Origin: Catajapyx aquilonaris
Lineage: Eukaryota
NCBI GenBank assembly: GCA_000934665.2
Contig: JYFJ02003098.1
Coordinates: 1 to 46,462 of the forward strand
Reading direction: 5' to 3'
Length of the DNA stretch: 46,462 nucleotides
Shown: one piece after another, positions 14,907-29,020 of the stretch
Position numbering within the stretch: the stretch's first letter is position 1
How the letters are laid out: each line of letters opens with the position of its first letter
Program-made: the position numbers and the translations under genes
The notes under the pieces: model-generated
Told to the model about the DNA's origin: nothing
The model's database searches: none
Seen by the model: the letters and a program-made list of their open reading frames with translations, nothing else

Positions 14907-14988
<82 letters not shown>

Positions 14989-15019
14989 ACTACTACTACT
15001 ACTACTACTACTGCTACTG

Positions 15020-15051
<32 letters not shown>

Positions 15052-15065
15052 ACTACTACTACTGC
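14907..15065 (+). repeat. Compound trinucleotide microsatellite (TAC)n/(TGC)n
   Basis: Alternating in-register blocks of TAC and TGC, seen directly. Confidence 0.97.
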
Positions 15066-15362
15066 ATACGTACTTCCGATTATACAGTAAATGTCCATGG
15101 AGACAACCTTGAAGCCCTCAATGCTCCAACCCTACAAATCCACTTGTCATTATTTTTGAGTTAGGCAGTAATCCAATTCTGTGAAACTGCATTATGCATT
15201 ATGCAGGGTGTTTTGTGATAGTTCCGACAAACTCGATGGATGAGTTTCTGAGCACAAGGGGATTGTTTTACTTGGAGGTGTCATTAATTTTGGTCTCATA
15301 AGCCTCGCTACCGCGATAATAATTATAATATCAGTAGGTATTCGGTAGAATATCGTGTTCTA

Positions 15363-15910
15363 CAGGGTGTTTAAAATATTTATGTACTGTATGTCCGTCG
15401 AAGTCATCCCTCGATGCTAGAGGGCGCTGCCCGCTGACAGACATTGGTGGAGCTGGTATACATAAAAATGAATGGGAAAAAAGGTGAACAACATGTTTAT
15501 TCAAAGAAGGTGCTCGAATAAGAAGGGACCGGCAACAGCATTGCATGTACGAGACTGTCAAAGCATTGACTGCCATATAGTTTCAAAGATTCCCGGCATT
15601 TTGGCGAACAGTTGCAGCGGTGACAGCGATTCTAGTGGCGATGCCTTCCTCTGAGTCAGTGACGTCTCAGCAATCGTTAAACAGTCCATGTTACATGATT
15701 GTGCTGTGTCCGATTTACGAATGCGGACTGCAAACAGATCCGATCTCCGTCACCATTTAGCTTCTTTAGACAAATGCAGCGCCGCCAAACAGCGCCATCT
15801 AGAGCCGAAGGATGACGTCAGCGGACATTACATTCATTGGCTAAAAATATTTGACTTGGTGTTCCCAATCTCCCATAAAAATTTGTACACATAGGTTTTA
15901 AAATACTCTG
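15363..15910. mobile_element. Degenerate Tc1/mariner-type MITE
   Basis: TA|CAGGGTGTTTAAAA ... TTTTAAAATACTCTG, with subterminal inverted match TCATCCCTCGATGCTAGAGGGCGCTG / CAGCGCCATCTAGAGCCGAAGGATGA. Confidence 0.55.
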
Positions 15911-16674
15911 AATTTGGGGGAGTCAAGATCCGACAGCTCCATTGTCTCCGTAATTGCCTGAGACTACACTTAATGAGAGAGCCTTTTTAATATTTAAACC
16001 GTACGGTAACACATATATATTTTTACAAATAATCAAGTAAACACAAAGGAAAGAACACGTATACCTGCCATGATATTTTATACCTCGTGTCAGAAGCCCG
16101 TTATCTCGGTAACGACCATGCCGAGACGAAATGACACCTCTGCAGTATATAGGTCAGTATGAGGTATAGGTACCGTACAGTACTTATCCTACAATAATAT
16201 GTTGTCCCTGTGCGCAGTCACTGGTAAAATATTTAAACACATGTATTATCTTTTAAGTACAGTACCGGTATTACATTAATTTTATTCACATGTAATAAGC
16301 CGATTCAGTTAAACAAAAGCACTATAATTATATTTAGGGTAAAGTGCCCAAATTTCGACACCCTAATGTTTTGTTTCTCTTGAATAAGGGAATGAATGAA
16401 TTCAGCAACATAGGCAAATTGACTTTAAGGCATTTACTATTTACCTACGAGGCCCCACAAAGAACCTTTTTTTTAAATCCAAGGAAAGCGCACATATAAA
16501 AAATGAAACCACTAGTATAGGACTGTTTGCAGGATTTATCTGCTGCCTGCTCTGACTACTATGCAATATTATTGAGCTCGGAAGGTGATGACAGACACAT
16601 GTAACATGAATACCACGCAGCATTTTAGCTGAAATCTCCATGTTATTTATATTACATTTTAATACTTTTAATGC

Positions 16675-16915
16675 GGGAGTCGGAGTGGCGCTGCGGTAAC
16701 GTTCGCGCCCACGAATGTAAGGATCCCGTGTTCGATCCCAGGCCCGGGCTTCCCCCCCCCNCCCCCCTCATCTCGTGCAGAGTTGCCTCGTCTCTGGCTT
16801 CGTCTCGGGTGGAATCTCCGACATACTAATCCATCCGGGGGAGTTCAGTCAGTTCACAAAATGTACGTTACAGATATTGCACTTGCACATCCCCTCCCAG
16901 TCCCTCGCTCGCGGT
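16675..16915 (+). mobile_element. tRNA-derived SINE
   Basis: GTGGCGCTGCGGTAACG (A box) and GTTCGATCCC (B box). Body shares ATTGCACTTGCAC with the SINE at 2740-2967. Confidence 0.6.
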
Positions 16916-16948
16916 ACCCCGGTGCTAAGGGGTTGAACTTTGCATTTT

Positions 16949-17345
16949 GTGACAAAAGTGTGACACTCGGTACACTTGTTCTTTGGACACTTCTGATCAT
17001 ATCTGGACGTGGGGCCACGATGACCCACTCCGGTGGAGGTCCATTTCGCAGGGTTGCCATAACTACCAGATGCAGCATCCTTTAGGACCTTGTATTCGGT
17101 GACAAAAATATGAAACTCGCCACAATTGGTCTTTGGACACTTCTGACTTTGGACTACTTCTGAACCTGTCTGGATGTGGGGCCATGATGACTGACCCCGC
17201 TGTGCGTCACTCGCAGTGTTACCAGATCTAACGGACCCAACATACCTCTCTGCGAAGATCATGTGAATTGGGAGATTGCATTCGGATAAAAACGTGCAAC
17301 TCGGTACACATCATATCAACATATCTGTACGTGGGGCCACGGTGG
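16949..17345 (+). repeat. Diverged tandem repeat, about 3 units of 150-180 bp
   Basis: Recurring GTGACAAAA..ACTCG..CTTTGGACACTTCTGA..TCTG(G/T)A(C/T)GTGGGGCCA blocks starting near 16949, 17099 and 17284. Confidence 0.7.
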
Positions 17346-19489
17346 GTGACAAATCGAACATGTGCTACATACCTTTACATGATCTTTTTTGCTAACACTT
17401 ATTTTTCCTGGAACACCCACATAATGCCAGAACTCTCACTACCACATAAACTTATTGACAGCTTAAAATCATATTCAAAATATTTCGAAGATAATTAAAT
17501 CACTCTACAATTACCAGTTTTCTATCTAATTCTTTTGACTTGTGAGAACAATGTATGATTGTAGAAAACACCTCGTGTGTTGATAGTTACCTCAAGAATT
17601 TCATATGTCCTTTTGACTATATTTATTTTTTAGACACGAACATGAATGGCTTACGACATAAAACCTAATCACTCATGATTCCCAGATAAGCTCTATCCTA
17701 ACAATTAATTCATTCACATTATACCAATTACGTCCCCTTTTCAAATTACTCCAAGTCTAGTAAATAAAGCTTCTCGGTAACACCTACCAATTCTTTAACT
17801 TTTTTTTGTCCATTAAGGACATCAAGTAGACAGAGAAAGAGTATTTATTGATCGTGCTAAGGACAGGCGATGTTTGTGGACCTTGAGTGCAGAGCGTGTG
17901 TAATTGATGGACCCCTTTCTTTTTCCAGCACCGTCCAGGATTTGGTAGTGTAGGGTGTGGCACCAGAGGGGAGTGGGGTTCGTAAAATAAGAGCGGCATT
18001 AGGGTTCAATTAGGTGGAGGACATTGAAGAGCAGAGGCGGCGCTTTCTGCTCGTCCAAGAAGGATATGGGAAGGCTTGTGGTTAGGAATTGATAAAGTTT
18101 CAACTTCACCACTGGCAGTGTTCCAGAAGATACTACTGGTCGGCTACAAGCTGGAAAAATGGCTTCTGATCTTGCCACTACCTCTTATACTTATTAAGAT
18201 TTGTGCCGCGTGCGTCAAGATGTGACCGCCTTTTTCTGGGATAATACCAGGTTCAAGTATAGTTAAGCTTTCTCATGCAGTTTTTACTGGTTATCCACAA
18301 CTGCTGTAACTTGGTGAGCTATGGAAGTGTATACGGGGGGACGACTATTGGCCCAGATATCTCGGGGGTTTCACAAGTTTGTTTGTTTCTTCCCTGCACA
18401 ATAGGCAAGATTGTGTTCTTCTGTCTGTTAATTGTGAAGTTGTAAGTCCGGATTTGTGAGAGAGCCTTGTTAAAGTGTACTTGGGTGGGAAAATGTGAAT
18501 AGGTATGGTCGTCTTGGGGACTTCTCTGGTATCGTCTCTTCATCTCCGTGGCAAGGCTGCCAGAACTGATGGCCTTATTGTGCAGGTGTATAGCGTTTAA
18601 AGTTCTCCGCAGGAAATTCCGGATAAAGTTGTCGATTTCGCCAAAAGCGGTCTTTTTTCTATTTGCCCTTCGTCGGTGTCTTGTACTGTAAGGCAGGTGG
18701 CCATAAGGTCAGGGTCCCTAATCAGGCCAGTTTTCCGTTTCTCGCCTGCAATCGACTTATGGCAACACATGACGACATGCATACCTTCAACATAATTATT
18801 ATGACCCCAATAATAACACTAGTCAACAAGGTTTTTGGGACATGAAATTTTTTGGCTGTTTCTAACGCATTCATATGCGCTGATTCCGAATATGAAGTCA
18901 GAAAGTGTCCATCACCCTCCATTTTTTTGTAACAGCCATACCTTATTTTGCGGAAAGTACACTGCACATTGCTCAATATGACTAATAGTGGAAACGGTAG
19001 CTGGGAAAACCATTTGGTGATGAAAGTGTGCCACTTGGCATTGTGCTTCCTAGGACCATAAGGAATGATTCCGGAAGTGGAACCTGAGATTTCGTCCATT
19101 AGGATTCAAGATGGCGGCCAATAATGAAACTTGCCTCCATTGTTACAAAATTGGTATTTTTCGCCGTAAATTGACGATTGAGGAGTCGATTCCTAGCAAT
19201 ATGAAGTCTCTGAACCCGAATCTAATGTCAGAATACAGTTTTAACACGTTTTAAGCCAATAATGAAAATGGTCCTTCTTGCTGGAGAGCGGCCGGACCTC
19301 ATGGTCAAAAACAGATTAATAGTGAGTTACAAAGTCAGTATTTCATAATTTAATGCATATGAATCCAATTTAGAAAGCTTTAAGAACAAATGTGACTAAA
19401 CACAGTTTTGAACAATTCACAATAGCGCTCGTACAGGCCTTAACAAAGTTGGCAAATTTTGAAGGTTGCACCTGTCATGGAGGCACTCA

Positions 19490-20172
19490 TTTTCCAACTT
19501 GGACTTGGGGTCACTAACATTCAAGGCTTGATTCAAGGTGCCTTCAGAGGAGCTGGTCTGGTCCCACTAAACAGATATGCAGTACCAGACAGTGCGTTGG
19601 GTGCCACCGCAACAACTACTGATCCACCTGCTGCAGACAATGATGATATTCCACAGGGTCAAAGATAGCTCTTGCAGCACCCCAAAGTCAAAGAAGGACG
19701 CCAAAGAAAACTACCGCAAAAAGCTAAATGTATTACAACGCCTTTCACTTCAGATTCACCAGTTAAAATCAGGCCTATAGGCAATGCAACAAATGCGGCA
19801 TCACAATCCCATATGACATGTGCATAATTATGTGCTATGTGCATATGTGACAATAAATAAAATGAAGAAATTAAGAATTAATAGTGATTATTATTTCTGA
19901 TAGACCTAATAAATTGCCATGTAACCTTACACTTTGCCATGCAACCTGATGGGCTTGCCATTCAACCTACTGTTTTGAAAAATCTTACTATTTGCAGCTG
20001 AAATTTAAAAGTTAATTAACATATAATGTATTGCTTATTTGCTTTCTGTAATTATTTACTTATGGTGAAGGATATTTGAAAAATGATCTTGGCCCAAAAC
20101 TTTGGTTAAAATGGTGAACCTAACCTCGTAAAAAAATTGTTTCGAAAATTTGCCATCCAACCTTACTTTACC
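19490..20172 (+). mobile_element. 3' remnant of a pogo-family (DDE_1) DNA transposon
   Basis: Peptide IQGAFRGAGLVPLNRYAVP matches the pogo C-terminal motif (I.SGFR.TG+.P.N..A+P). Four subterminal TTGCCATNYAACCT repeats (19914-20163) end at ...CTTTACC|TA. Confidence 0.6.
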
Positions 20173-20289
20173 TACAGAAAACTGATGGTGGTGTGCCACC
20201 CCCCTATAGCTCCCATAAGGGACATCACGGGGTAAAATAAATAAATAAATAGAAATTAACTGTAGGAACATAGACTAAATTACGAGCCC

Positions 20290-21200
20290 CCTGTAAGTAG
20301 AAGAAATGCCACGGACCGCAAGCTTATTGCCAGAAGGCTGTCCTATTTGGACGAGTTCTTGGCTTGCACACTATTGGCTGGTGAACATGAGCACATTTCA
20401 AAATATAGGTTTCATTTTAAAGGGCCAAAAAATTAAGCAGAAGTGAAATATTTGAAATGAGAGTAAGCTTGTAGATTTATTAATGAATGAAAAAAATCAG
20501 GATATAGCTATCACTCCACACTGTTGGTGTTTGAGCTTATACACTCCTAACTTTTAATATTCAGCAATCCATGCACTTGTTTCATAGGGCAGCAATTGTA
20601 AAGCGTTATTTTGAACACTCCAAGTTGTATCTGCTTTTAAAATGTCCAAGGAATTTCACCAGAATTTCACATTGTCGTGATTCAAAATCCTTTATTGCTT
20701 TCACTTACACATTTTATTCAAAAATTAATTTGTTCCTGGCAGCTTATTTCGCTACCCTTACTTTCAAAACGGAAAACATCCCAGTGTTACGAACAGTCCT
20801 GGTCGTGCCCTCTGCTAAAATGGCATCTTCCTATAATCACATTTCTCATTCACTACAGTATGGCGACTCCAATAATTACTTTATTAATTTTCTGGTGTCT
20901 GATGAGCCAACAGGAGGCAGCTACCACTTCTTATTCTTTTGGCGTCCTCTTAAAAAGTGCACGCTTGGTAGAATAATAAACTTTCCACAGCGGAACAGAT
21001 GAGAAGTGAACAATGTAGCAACCGAAGCATATTTTTTCCCCCGCCGGTGAAGTATGGATCATCCAAGTTTTCCTGTTTTTTTTATATATGTGTTGGCGAA
21101 TCCTCTTGCGAGTCTTTGCACGTGAATTCAGGAAAGATCTCATTTCCGGAAACCCCCCTATCAATGATCGAGAAAGACGTGGAAGAGGTTAACGCCCCGG
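20290..21200 (-). mobile_element. Highly degenerate hAT (ZMYM1-like/TTF zinc finger) transposase remnant
   Basis: Ordered fragments: IYKKNRKTWMIH..GEKICFGCYIVHFS (~W+.YS..LFCFPCLLF), FSRGHDQ (~AFRGHDE), VKFLGH (~ERFLGF), PWHF (~TRWNF). Confidence 0.45.
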
Positions 21201-23101
21201 ATCAATGATGACAAAGCTGCTTCTTCGCCTGCATATATAGGTACGAATACGGATGCGGGAATTCTCATTGGCAGAATACCAATATCAGATGCCTAGATTT
21301 TCCAATATCGATCAAGCACTCTAGTAGTGCAACTTGTGAGCAGTTTTTGTGTCGGACAAACTTTTTTTTTTTGCATGAATTGAACGACTGCTGGGGCAGA
21401 GGCGGCAACAGACACAATATGCTCTGCCGATCTCGTCTAACATTGAAATAAGCTTCTCAGGGCCAAATCGCGGCATTCGTAAGCCCATATTTGTTCACTC
21501 ACAATAGTCACTTCCTTTTTTTAGAGAGAGGAATGGGTTGAAAGAAGGAAAAGTTTTGAATGGTATAATACTAAGTGTTGCCTGATATAGTAGCTTTCAA
21601 ACCTTTTTTTACTGGGGGCGATTAATTATGGATACAAGCCTAATGTGAAGAAAGGATTACATTGATCGTAACTGAGAGTATATTCCGGTCATGTCGCCCG
21701 GATTATAGTGTGGAATATCCCGGCGAGATTTTACGCTGACGGGTATTCTCCAGTTCGTTCCTACAAAGCTTTAATTCGAGCCCACACGTGATTGACATCC
21801 ATAATTGAATGGTAAAACAATTTTTCTCTATTAGCAGGCATACACGTATGACATATTGCGTCTGTGAATAAGGCAATTGCTGCTTTTCACTTCGAACTGA
21901 TTGTAACTCGTCTCACTGTTGTTGCTGTTACTATACATAACTTAGTAGGCAGCATGTAGTTAATACAGGTCTATTTAAAATCTTATGCTTTGTATTCTAT
22001 ACGAAATCTGCAAAACCCCTGACACACCAACTACTATTGTTCGCTTTTCTTATTTTTACATTCACAATACGGTATATCTTCCTTATACAATAATATTTCA
22101 TTATTACTAAAGACGCAAGGCAAATTATTCCCGTATACATTCTAAGACTCCTTCAATGATCGTGTGTTTCCTAATAACCGTCACCCCTGGTTACAGCTGC
22201 TTATTTTTCCAAGATATTCCGACAAGTAATTAGTCACATCGTGAAATGAAGTACTTCAAGCCATTTCAAGGATACTCTAGCATTGATCAAAGAGTCCTAG
22301 TCGGTTAGACTGAGTTAGGTAGTGTGTGGTATACCGGAACATGCTTCCTGATGTAATGCTCGTAATTAAGGACTGGTTGCATCACTGGAGCCCCCCAAAA
22401 TTGCATTAAAGGTTACGAGCCGAAAGCCCGTTCTGTTTGAATTAGGCTGTATATGCCCAATCCCCAATCTAAAGGCGGATGAAATGTCACTTAAAGGTGG
22501 TGCTGGAATTAACTGTTTACTTAGTTTGGTCTTCACAATTTCCTGCCGTATACTATATGTATAGGCTTATGTATACTGTAGTAACTCAACCCCAGTGCTG
22601 CAACCCTGAGTATCGCACAGGAGCAGTGATTATATCCATTGGTTGTGGTTGCTCTATAGCTGTTGCTGAGGTTTTAGACATCTCATTCAGGCTTATACTC
22701 TCACAATTTCCTCAATGCAAATATGGACAAACCTAATGTTCACAATTAGTGCGCCAAGCACGTCATTAGAGTTAGAAAAATCGTGGGCTTCTTTAGATAA
22801 TTATGTGTGGCCTATAGCTTAATATCATTTCAATGAAGAAACAAGAAGATAAAAAGATATACGAAGATTTCAATCAGGCCATGAAATTTTTTAGCCAACT
22901 GGATTGTTATTACCGATTGTTGCCTATTCATCGCCATCTTTTGGACTTGAACAAAGCGAAGGTATCAGTGGGCGACTTGATGATCTGGACAACCAGCCTG
23001 TAGAGTCCTATGGGCTTAGAGCACATGGTACAGGTAAAAAAAAATCATTAGTTCTATAGATGTAGTTACACAAACCTGTACGCATAACATGTAATGTACC
23101 G

Positions 23102-23236
23102 TCAAATTGTTTTGGTCACTTTATCCTGGTCTTGAAGGAACCCTTCTCATAGGCCCCACCGTGAGGATATGAGCGAGGTGAGTGTGTGTGTGAAGGGTTG
23201 CTTCAAGACCAGGATAAAGTGGCCAAATCAATTTGA
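23102..23236. mobile_element. Small hairpin MITE
   Basis: About 45-bp inverted arms TCAAATTG..TTTGGTCACTTTATCCTGGTCTTGAAG.AACCCTTC / GAAGGGTT.CTTCAAGACCAGGATAAAGTGGCCAAA..CAATTTGA. Confidence 0.75.
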
Positions 23237-23599
23237 GCCCCATAGTACCTGCGGAATTAGTCTGCCCTATATGTCAATGTTTAATTTAAAAGCAGCCGGC
23301 TGACCAATGACCGCCATTCTGAGCAGGAAACTACAAATTACCATCGACCTAGTTTCAAAAAAAATGCTGTGTTGTGCAAGAGTATAGAGTCGTATCAAAG
23401 TTACAAACCAGTTTGCTACTCCAGGCTCTTTTTTGGCATGATTCTCAGCATATGGGAATAACAGTGACCGAAATGAGCATGCAGTCCTGGATGTTGATTT
23501 CCCGGCGAAAGCACGTCTGGAGCCGACCGAGGAGCACGAGGTAATGAAATTAGTACCGCCCGGTCTCATTAGAAACCTACATTCCAACGTTCTGCCAGC

Positions 23600-25900
23600 C
23601 TGCCTTTTTTTTCGCTGCGAGTACAAAGCCGTGTACTCTTACACCGCCTTAAATCTCTTTCCTTCATCTTAGAATTGCATTTTTTCTTCTTCACTCCACC
23701 ACGCCCCAGATTATTATTCCCCTTCGAATATTCCAGAAAATTGCCATCGCCTGACAGCCGCGCAATTTGCATATATTTATTTGCTAATATGCGAGCCACT
23801 GAGGATTCCAGTGGAAATGTTTCTGGAAGAAATGAATGTGGCAGTATAATCCGGGATCACCTTTCCTCAATACCTCTAGCAAAGAGTCGTTTCTCCATCC
23901 TTTTTGTTTTCAAGGGAGGTAATCCTTCCCCCGGATTTATTCCGAACTAAAGGTTCAATTTGCATAAGCATATCCTTTTTGAAGCCTACGACAGCTCTAT
24001 TCATCACCCGGAAAGGTTCCAACGAACTTTTCTAGTCTTACAGCGTCGGTCTTTATTTCCAACTGCATACAGGTTTTGACGTTTTCAATCCGTTCTTTTG
24101 AACACCATGCTTTTCAACAAGTCCCGCCTAATTACGTCTTCAAAATTCCATCCCACCAGCCCGATTCCCATGATAATGTCACAGAGAGAATTTTTAAGCA
24201 TGCATCACCTTTTCCATGGGAGGCGTTGGTAGATGCTCGCCATTGACGCAATTGACTCCCAAAAACTGCATCTCTAGAACCTCCCTATAGAACGGTAACA
24301 AAGAGAAGCGCTGTATTACCTTTTTATACAGAAGGAATGCAGCATGAACCGCTCTCGTGTGCGCTCTTCTCTAAGATCTTCCCATGGGTTGGTGGAAAGA
24401 AAACCACATCCTTGCAATCGGCTGTAGATACTGATGGTATTGTGGAGAGTGTCCTTTATAATTACGAAAACAGGCAAGTGTTGAACCGGAACTGGCAATA
24501 TTTCTGTACCTTCTAATCTTCCATAGAGAAGGTACAGTACAGTCGCCAGTACTTTAGGGTGCCAGACCTTAATCAGATTTATCCTGGAAGGTAGGCAAAA
24601 GAGGCTTGGAAATTAAGATGCTGTCGGGAGAGCTGCCTCTATTTCCAAGCCTGCTTGAACTCGGCTGGGTGATGCGGGTGGCCTACCTTTCAGGATAGAG
24701 CTGATTCGGATTTGTTACCGTAGACCCTAATTATTGTGCTGTCGACTGTAGAACTTCTAGTAGAAGTGACTAGGAATGTTATGGGAATAGAAAGGCTTGC
24801 TGACATCCCAGCTCTGTATATTTGACCTGGAAGCTGCAGCAGTAATAGCAGCGCTCTCAACACTATCACTGCACAGGATCGGGTCAGAAAGTGATATCCT
24901 ATGGAAGTTGTGCAGTTTGGGGAGCTTGGAAAGGGATGCGCATGAGAAGCCAAGCGATATCCGCTCAATTAGACTCGTAGAGCCCTCCCATCCTCCTCTC
25001 TTACCCCGCACCATAGTTAGCTAATTGCATGCAAACTTGAGCGCAGCACACTTTTGTCTCTTCTTTTCCTCGTCTGTGACTTGGCCTGCACTCCATAAAA
25101 TCTTCCGGTCTGGCAGCTAACAGCGAGTTTAAGCCTTCTAAAAGGCCGTGGCTGGTCCCCTTTCGAAACGCGCCCACGGAAAGGGATAAGCTAGGCAGGA
25201 TTCTCATTCCTCAGACCTTTCCAGCATGTAAATTAAAGTCTCAGGCTGCTGGGTGGGGAATGGAGGAGATGGCAGGAAGCGGGGAGATGTAGGGAGAGGT
25301 AAAGAGAGAAGACAAAAAATCGGCAAGATTCCTGGAAGGAATAAGACGCGTTGACCTGACAGCATCCGTCTTCGTTACTTGACAGTGAAAAAGCGCAGTT
25401 CTCCCTCTCCCTATATGCATACAACATGCTTCATTAAGTACCTCCTTCAAAGTTATTTGGCGATAGTGACCTGACGTCCTGGAATCGCAGGATTATTATA
25501 TAGCCTATAGCTGGGTGAAGTGACATGCTAGGATGGAGAACTTTGAGGGAGAAATGTGCCATTTTGCACATATTGCGCCCTTTTATTGGACACACCTTTT
25601 TGTCGTTGCCCTTGCGGCTTGATACACCGTCTGTACGGGCCAAAAGGTCCACATAATGACATCAAAGTGCGCTCTTTTGTGGGGTAGTGCTTCAGCGTTG
25701 TACAATATTCCTCTATAGTGCTCTTATCCATTCTGGGCTCTCCAATTACGGAAGCGTTTACAGTTCATTCAGCCAAAATAAGGTTCCAATTAAAGCAGGG
25801 TCGTCGAAGATGCCAAATTAGTCCTTGAGACTCCCCTTGAGGAACATTATGTTGGTCTGTTATTAACAAAGGGCAGGTTCTGAAGGTACAAATGATCCGA
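23600..25900 (-). mobile_element. Degenerate non-LTR retrotransposon, R2/NeSL-like (RT plus C-terminal REL endonuclease)
   Basis: Ordered fragments: ARTDGV (~PGPDG), STRLIP, IPHPA..F (~HP.QRGF), AFRKGTSH (~KAFD.VSH), SDPILCSDS (~ADD), IYSRLQGCG (~LYS...GGLG), SCRR (CCHC start), IPD and ANKY (REL PD...K..KY). Confidence 0.55.
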
Positions 25901-28900
25901 CATGGAATCGCTTTAAGCCAGATAAAAGGGGTCGTTTCGGAAACACGGGGCCCCTCCCCCCGCTCGAAGCCCCCTTTTCAGGGGTAATGGAGGTGGTTGG
26001 AATCAAGAATGTTCGTGCCAAAGCATACGTGATAAAGATGATCCTGATCCTCTATTTTGCTCGACAACATCCATATTGAAAGCTTGTCAGGGCTAAGCAA
26101 CGTTTACGTGGAATCAGGTGCGAAACAACCGGCTTCTAAACTTATTGTTATGAACAATAATGCAGGCTGTAAAAGTGACACTAAATATTTCTTATTTAAT
26201 TACACAGGCTGTTCCCAAAGAGCTTAATACTAGGAAGAGTGGAAAAAACAGCTGGTAGCATAGCAACCGAGTCTCCAATCGACTGACCTGCCACCTGGCG
26301 AGTCGGTAGCCAAACTCGATACTGTATTGTACAATACGGTAGATCGAGGCAGTGCCGGAAATATGGCAATAAAAGCCCCAGAGGTTGGAAATAAGTCATA
26401 CATATGCCCGCCGATTTGTTTAAAAAATTCCCGCCGATTTAAAAAAAAATGAAGACAAAACAGGCGTATATAGGATAAATATCACATATTATATTACATG
26501 TTATTACACAACTTGTGTACACATTACACAACCTCTGTGTACACATATGACACAACTCATGTATACTGGTGCATATTGCACAACTTGCATACATATTGCA
26601 TATATTATTACACAGATGACACCTCAGGTACATAATATGATGTATGAACCCTAGACATGATTATTGTGGAGAACCACCTTCCATTTTCTGTTTGCATTTG
26701 TAGTATGTCCCACATGGCATAACTCCTTCACTTCATTAATTCTAAATCTAAGAAAGTAATGCACACGCATTTTCAGGTAATTCTGAAGAATAATCTTGGG
26801 AAGATTGCAGTTCAGTGGTTGTGGTTGTGGTCCCCATGAAATTTTTTTAGCTCACGCACTTTAATAGTATCAAGGATATACCTCTCAGCAGCTGAAACCA
26901 ACCCTTCAATGTGGATGTTGGATTGCAGGAAACGAAGCAGCAGGGCATTACAAGACTTTACAAAAGCAAACATATCTGCAGAGGGCACGAAAAATGATCC
27001 AAATTCACTCTCTGTCCTGCTACGAAGATAGTCATATACCTTTTCCTTCATAAAAATCTGGTGATCTTCCCTAGCTTCTGTGTCTTTTGACAGTAACACT
27101 GCACTACATAGTGCACATTTATGCATCCTTATAATTTTCCTGCATACCCACCCTGCTACATAAAATTCGGCATTTTCTTTGCACAAACTGGTGCATTTGT
27201 CTAGCTCTGTTTCCATTTCAATTTCGTCTGCAAGTGCCAGATTGGAGGAGTCATTGCAGAGTGGTGAATGAGAATCAGAATTACTTGTACTAGTACATGC
27301 AGCATTTGTTAACTCATCAGCTTCCAACAAAAATTTGCCCAAATCATCCTCACAGTTTTTCCCCAAACTAGTACAGTACATGTAAACAAGCTTGCTGCAG
27401 CTATTCTTTCCATAGAAAAGCGAAATTCAGACAGAGACGGATTGAATCTGAAACCCCCTCTACCTCGAATCTTAGCAAATAAGTTTTCAATGCAATCTTG
27501 ATTTACCTTTCTGGGGCACAAATACGTCACCTCACAGCTTGTTCTAAGATTATCCCACAACATGACAAGGCCATTTATAGATAGTTTGAAACCGTTAAGG
27601 CATGGTATGTATGTTTTTGTCTGGAATTTACAGTCATCCATTTCTCGAGCCAAGTCTTGGAGAAACTGCTTGTTCTTATTGTCATGACACCATGGCCTTC
27701 TGAATCCTTTCTTGTCCCCAAGTGATCCATTAAAACAATCAAAAGCCTTGTCCATTTTTAAGATCCACTGACTCGTTGCTTCTGCCCCTGGTAGTACATT
27801 AAACTTTGCCAAAGTGTGCCTTGCAACACCAACTGAATGACTGAAAACCTGAGAAGCATAGCACACCCTCATTTTTGTGAACTTTGTCAAGAACACGTGT
27901 TTGAATGTCAGCTTTGGGCACAGTCTTGTTTCTGAGGAGTCGAGATCATAGAGTCTCTTTATATACTTAAAAGAGACTACTTCCCCCTTCACCACTAGGT
28001 CATAATTCTTAAGATTATTTCTCATACATTTGAGTAGGTGAGGTGGATCATACATAAAATATGTTTTGTAGTTATTAAAAATGACATAAGGCTTATCGAC
28101 AGTCACTCCCATCCTTGTAAACATACCCCGATTATTAGGCCCTTGGTCACATACCACCACTTTCACTCTCAAACCTATTGACCCCAGTCTCTCCAGACAT
28201 TCCTCCACTATGTTCCTTAGTGACACGTCCGTGTTAGTGATAAGCTAGATGCGCCATCCTCCACCGCATAATAGCATAGTGGTTGCTTCCAACGGCCACA
28301 TATAGCTCTTACCATAACAACAAGAGCATGATTAGCGATGCTGCATTCCCTCTCACCATCTCTGTAATCCACAAACCCTTCCACTTTGTCAGTACCCGAA
28401 TCGTATGAAAGATCTGACTTTAGAGAAACCTCGTCAAAACAAAGCGACACTATGGTCTGCAACGGCTTCATCCTTTTCACTTTCATTTGTAAGGCCTGCA
28501 GCATGCTGTCAGAAAGACCTGGGGCCAACCTGTGAGGTTTCATCCAGGTTCGCAGTGTTCTCTCAGTAGGTAGACGGAAAAGTTTACGACACATGCGATA
28601 TGCACTGGGGCTGCTGTAGTACAAACTAAAGGCAAACTCCCTGTCGGATTTCGACCACCTGCTCCACTTTTTCCCCTTGCTTGCAAGCTTCAGCTGAGTT
28701 GCAATGAAAGCCCCTCCTGGTCCTCCAACCAAATTCTTACACTTCTCGATGGCATGAGCCATAGTGTCCGCTTGTGCAAGATCTCTTGCCAGTATCTTTA
28801 ACCGTTGCATTTGCTGGGAGGCACGGCTCAGTTTATTTTGCTGTGCCTTAATCTTCTTCCTTAACTTCGTCCTTGTGGGACTGACCTGGCGAAGACCTAT

Positions 28901-29020
28901 GGAGACAGATGAAAATCATTATTTTCAAAGTCTGCATCTATACCAACACCTCACATAAAGGTGTCAGCTCATCATCTGGTTATTCAGGCTCACAGCTACA
29001 CCATGCACCCTCACTCTTTG

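Noticed and set aside
14874..15164. Poly-Tyr/Cys and poly-Val/Ala ORFs
   Set aside because: They are translations of the microsatellite.
17930..18780. Possible LINE RT remnant (RYLG, NAAL..TP)
   Set aside because: The motifs are short and their order is inconsistent.
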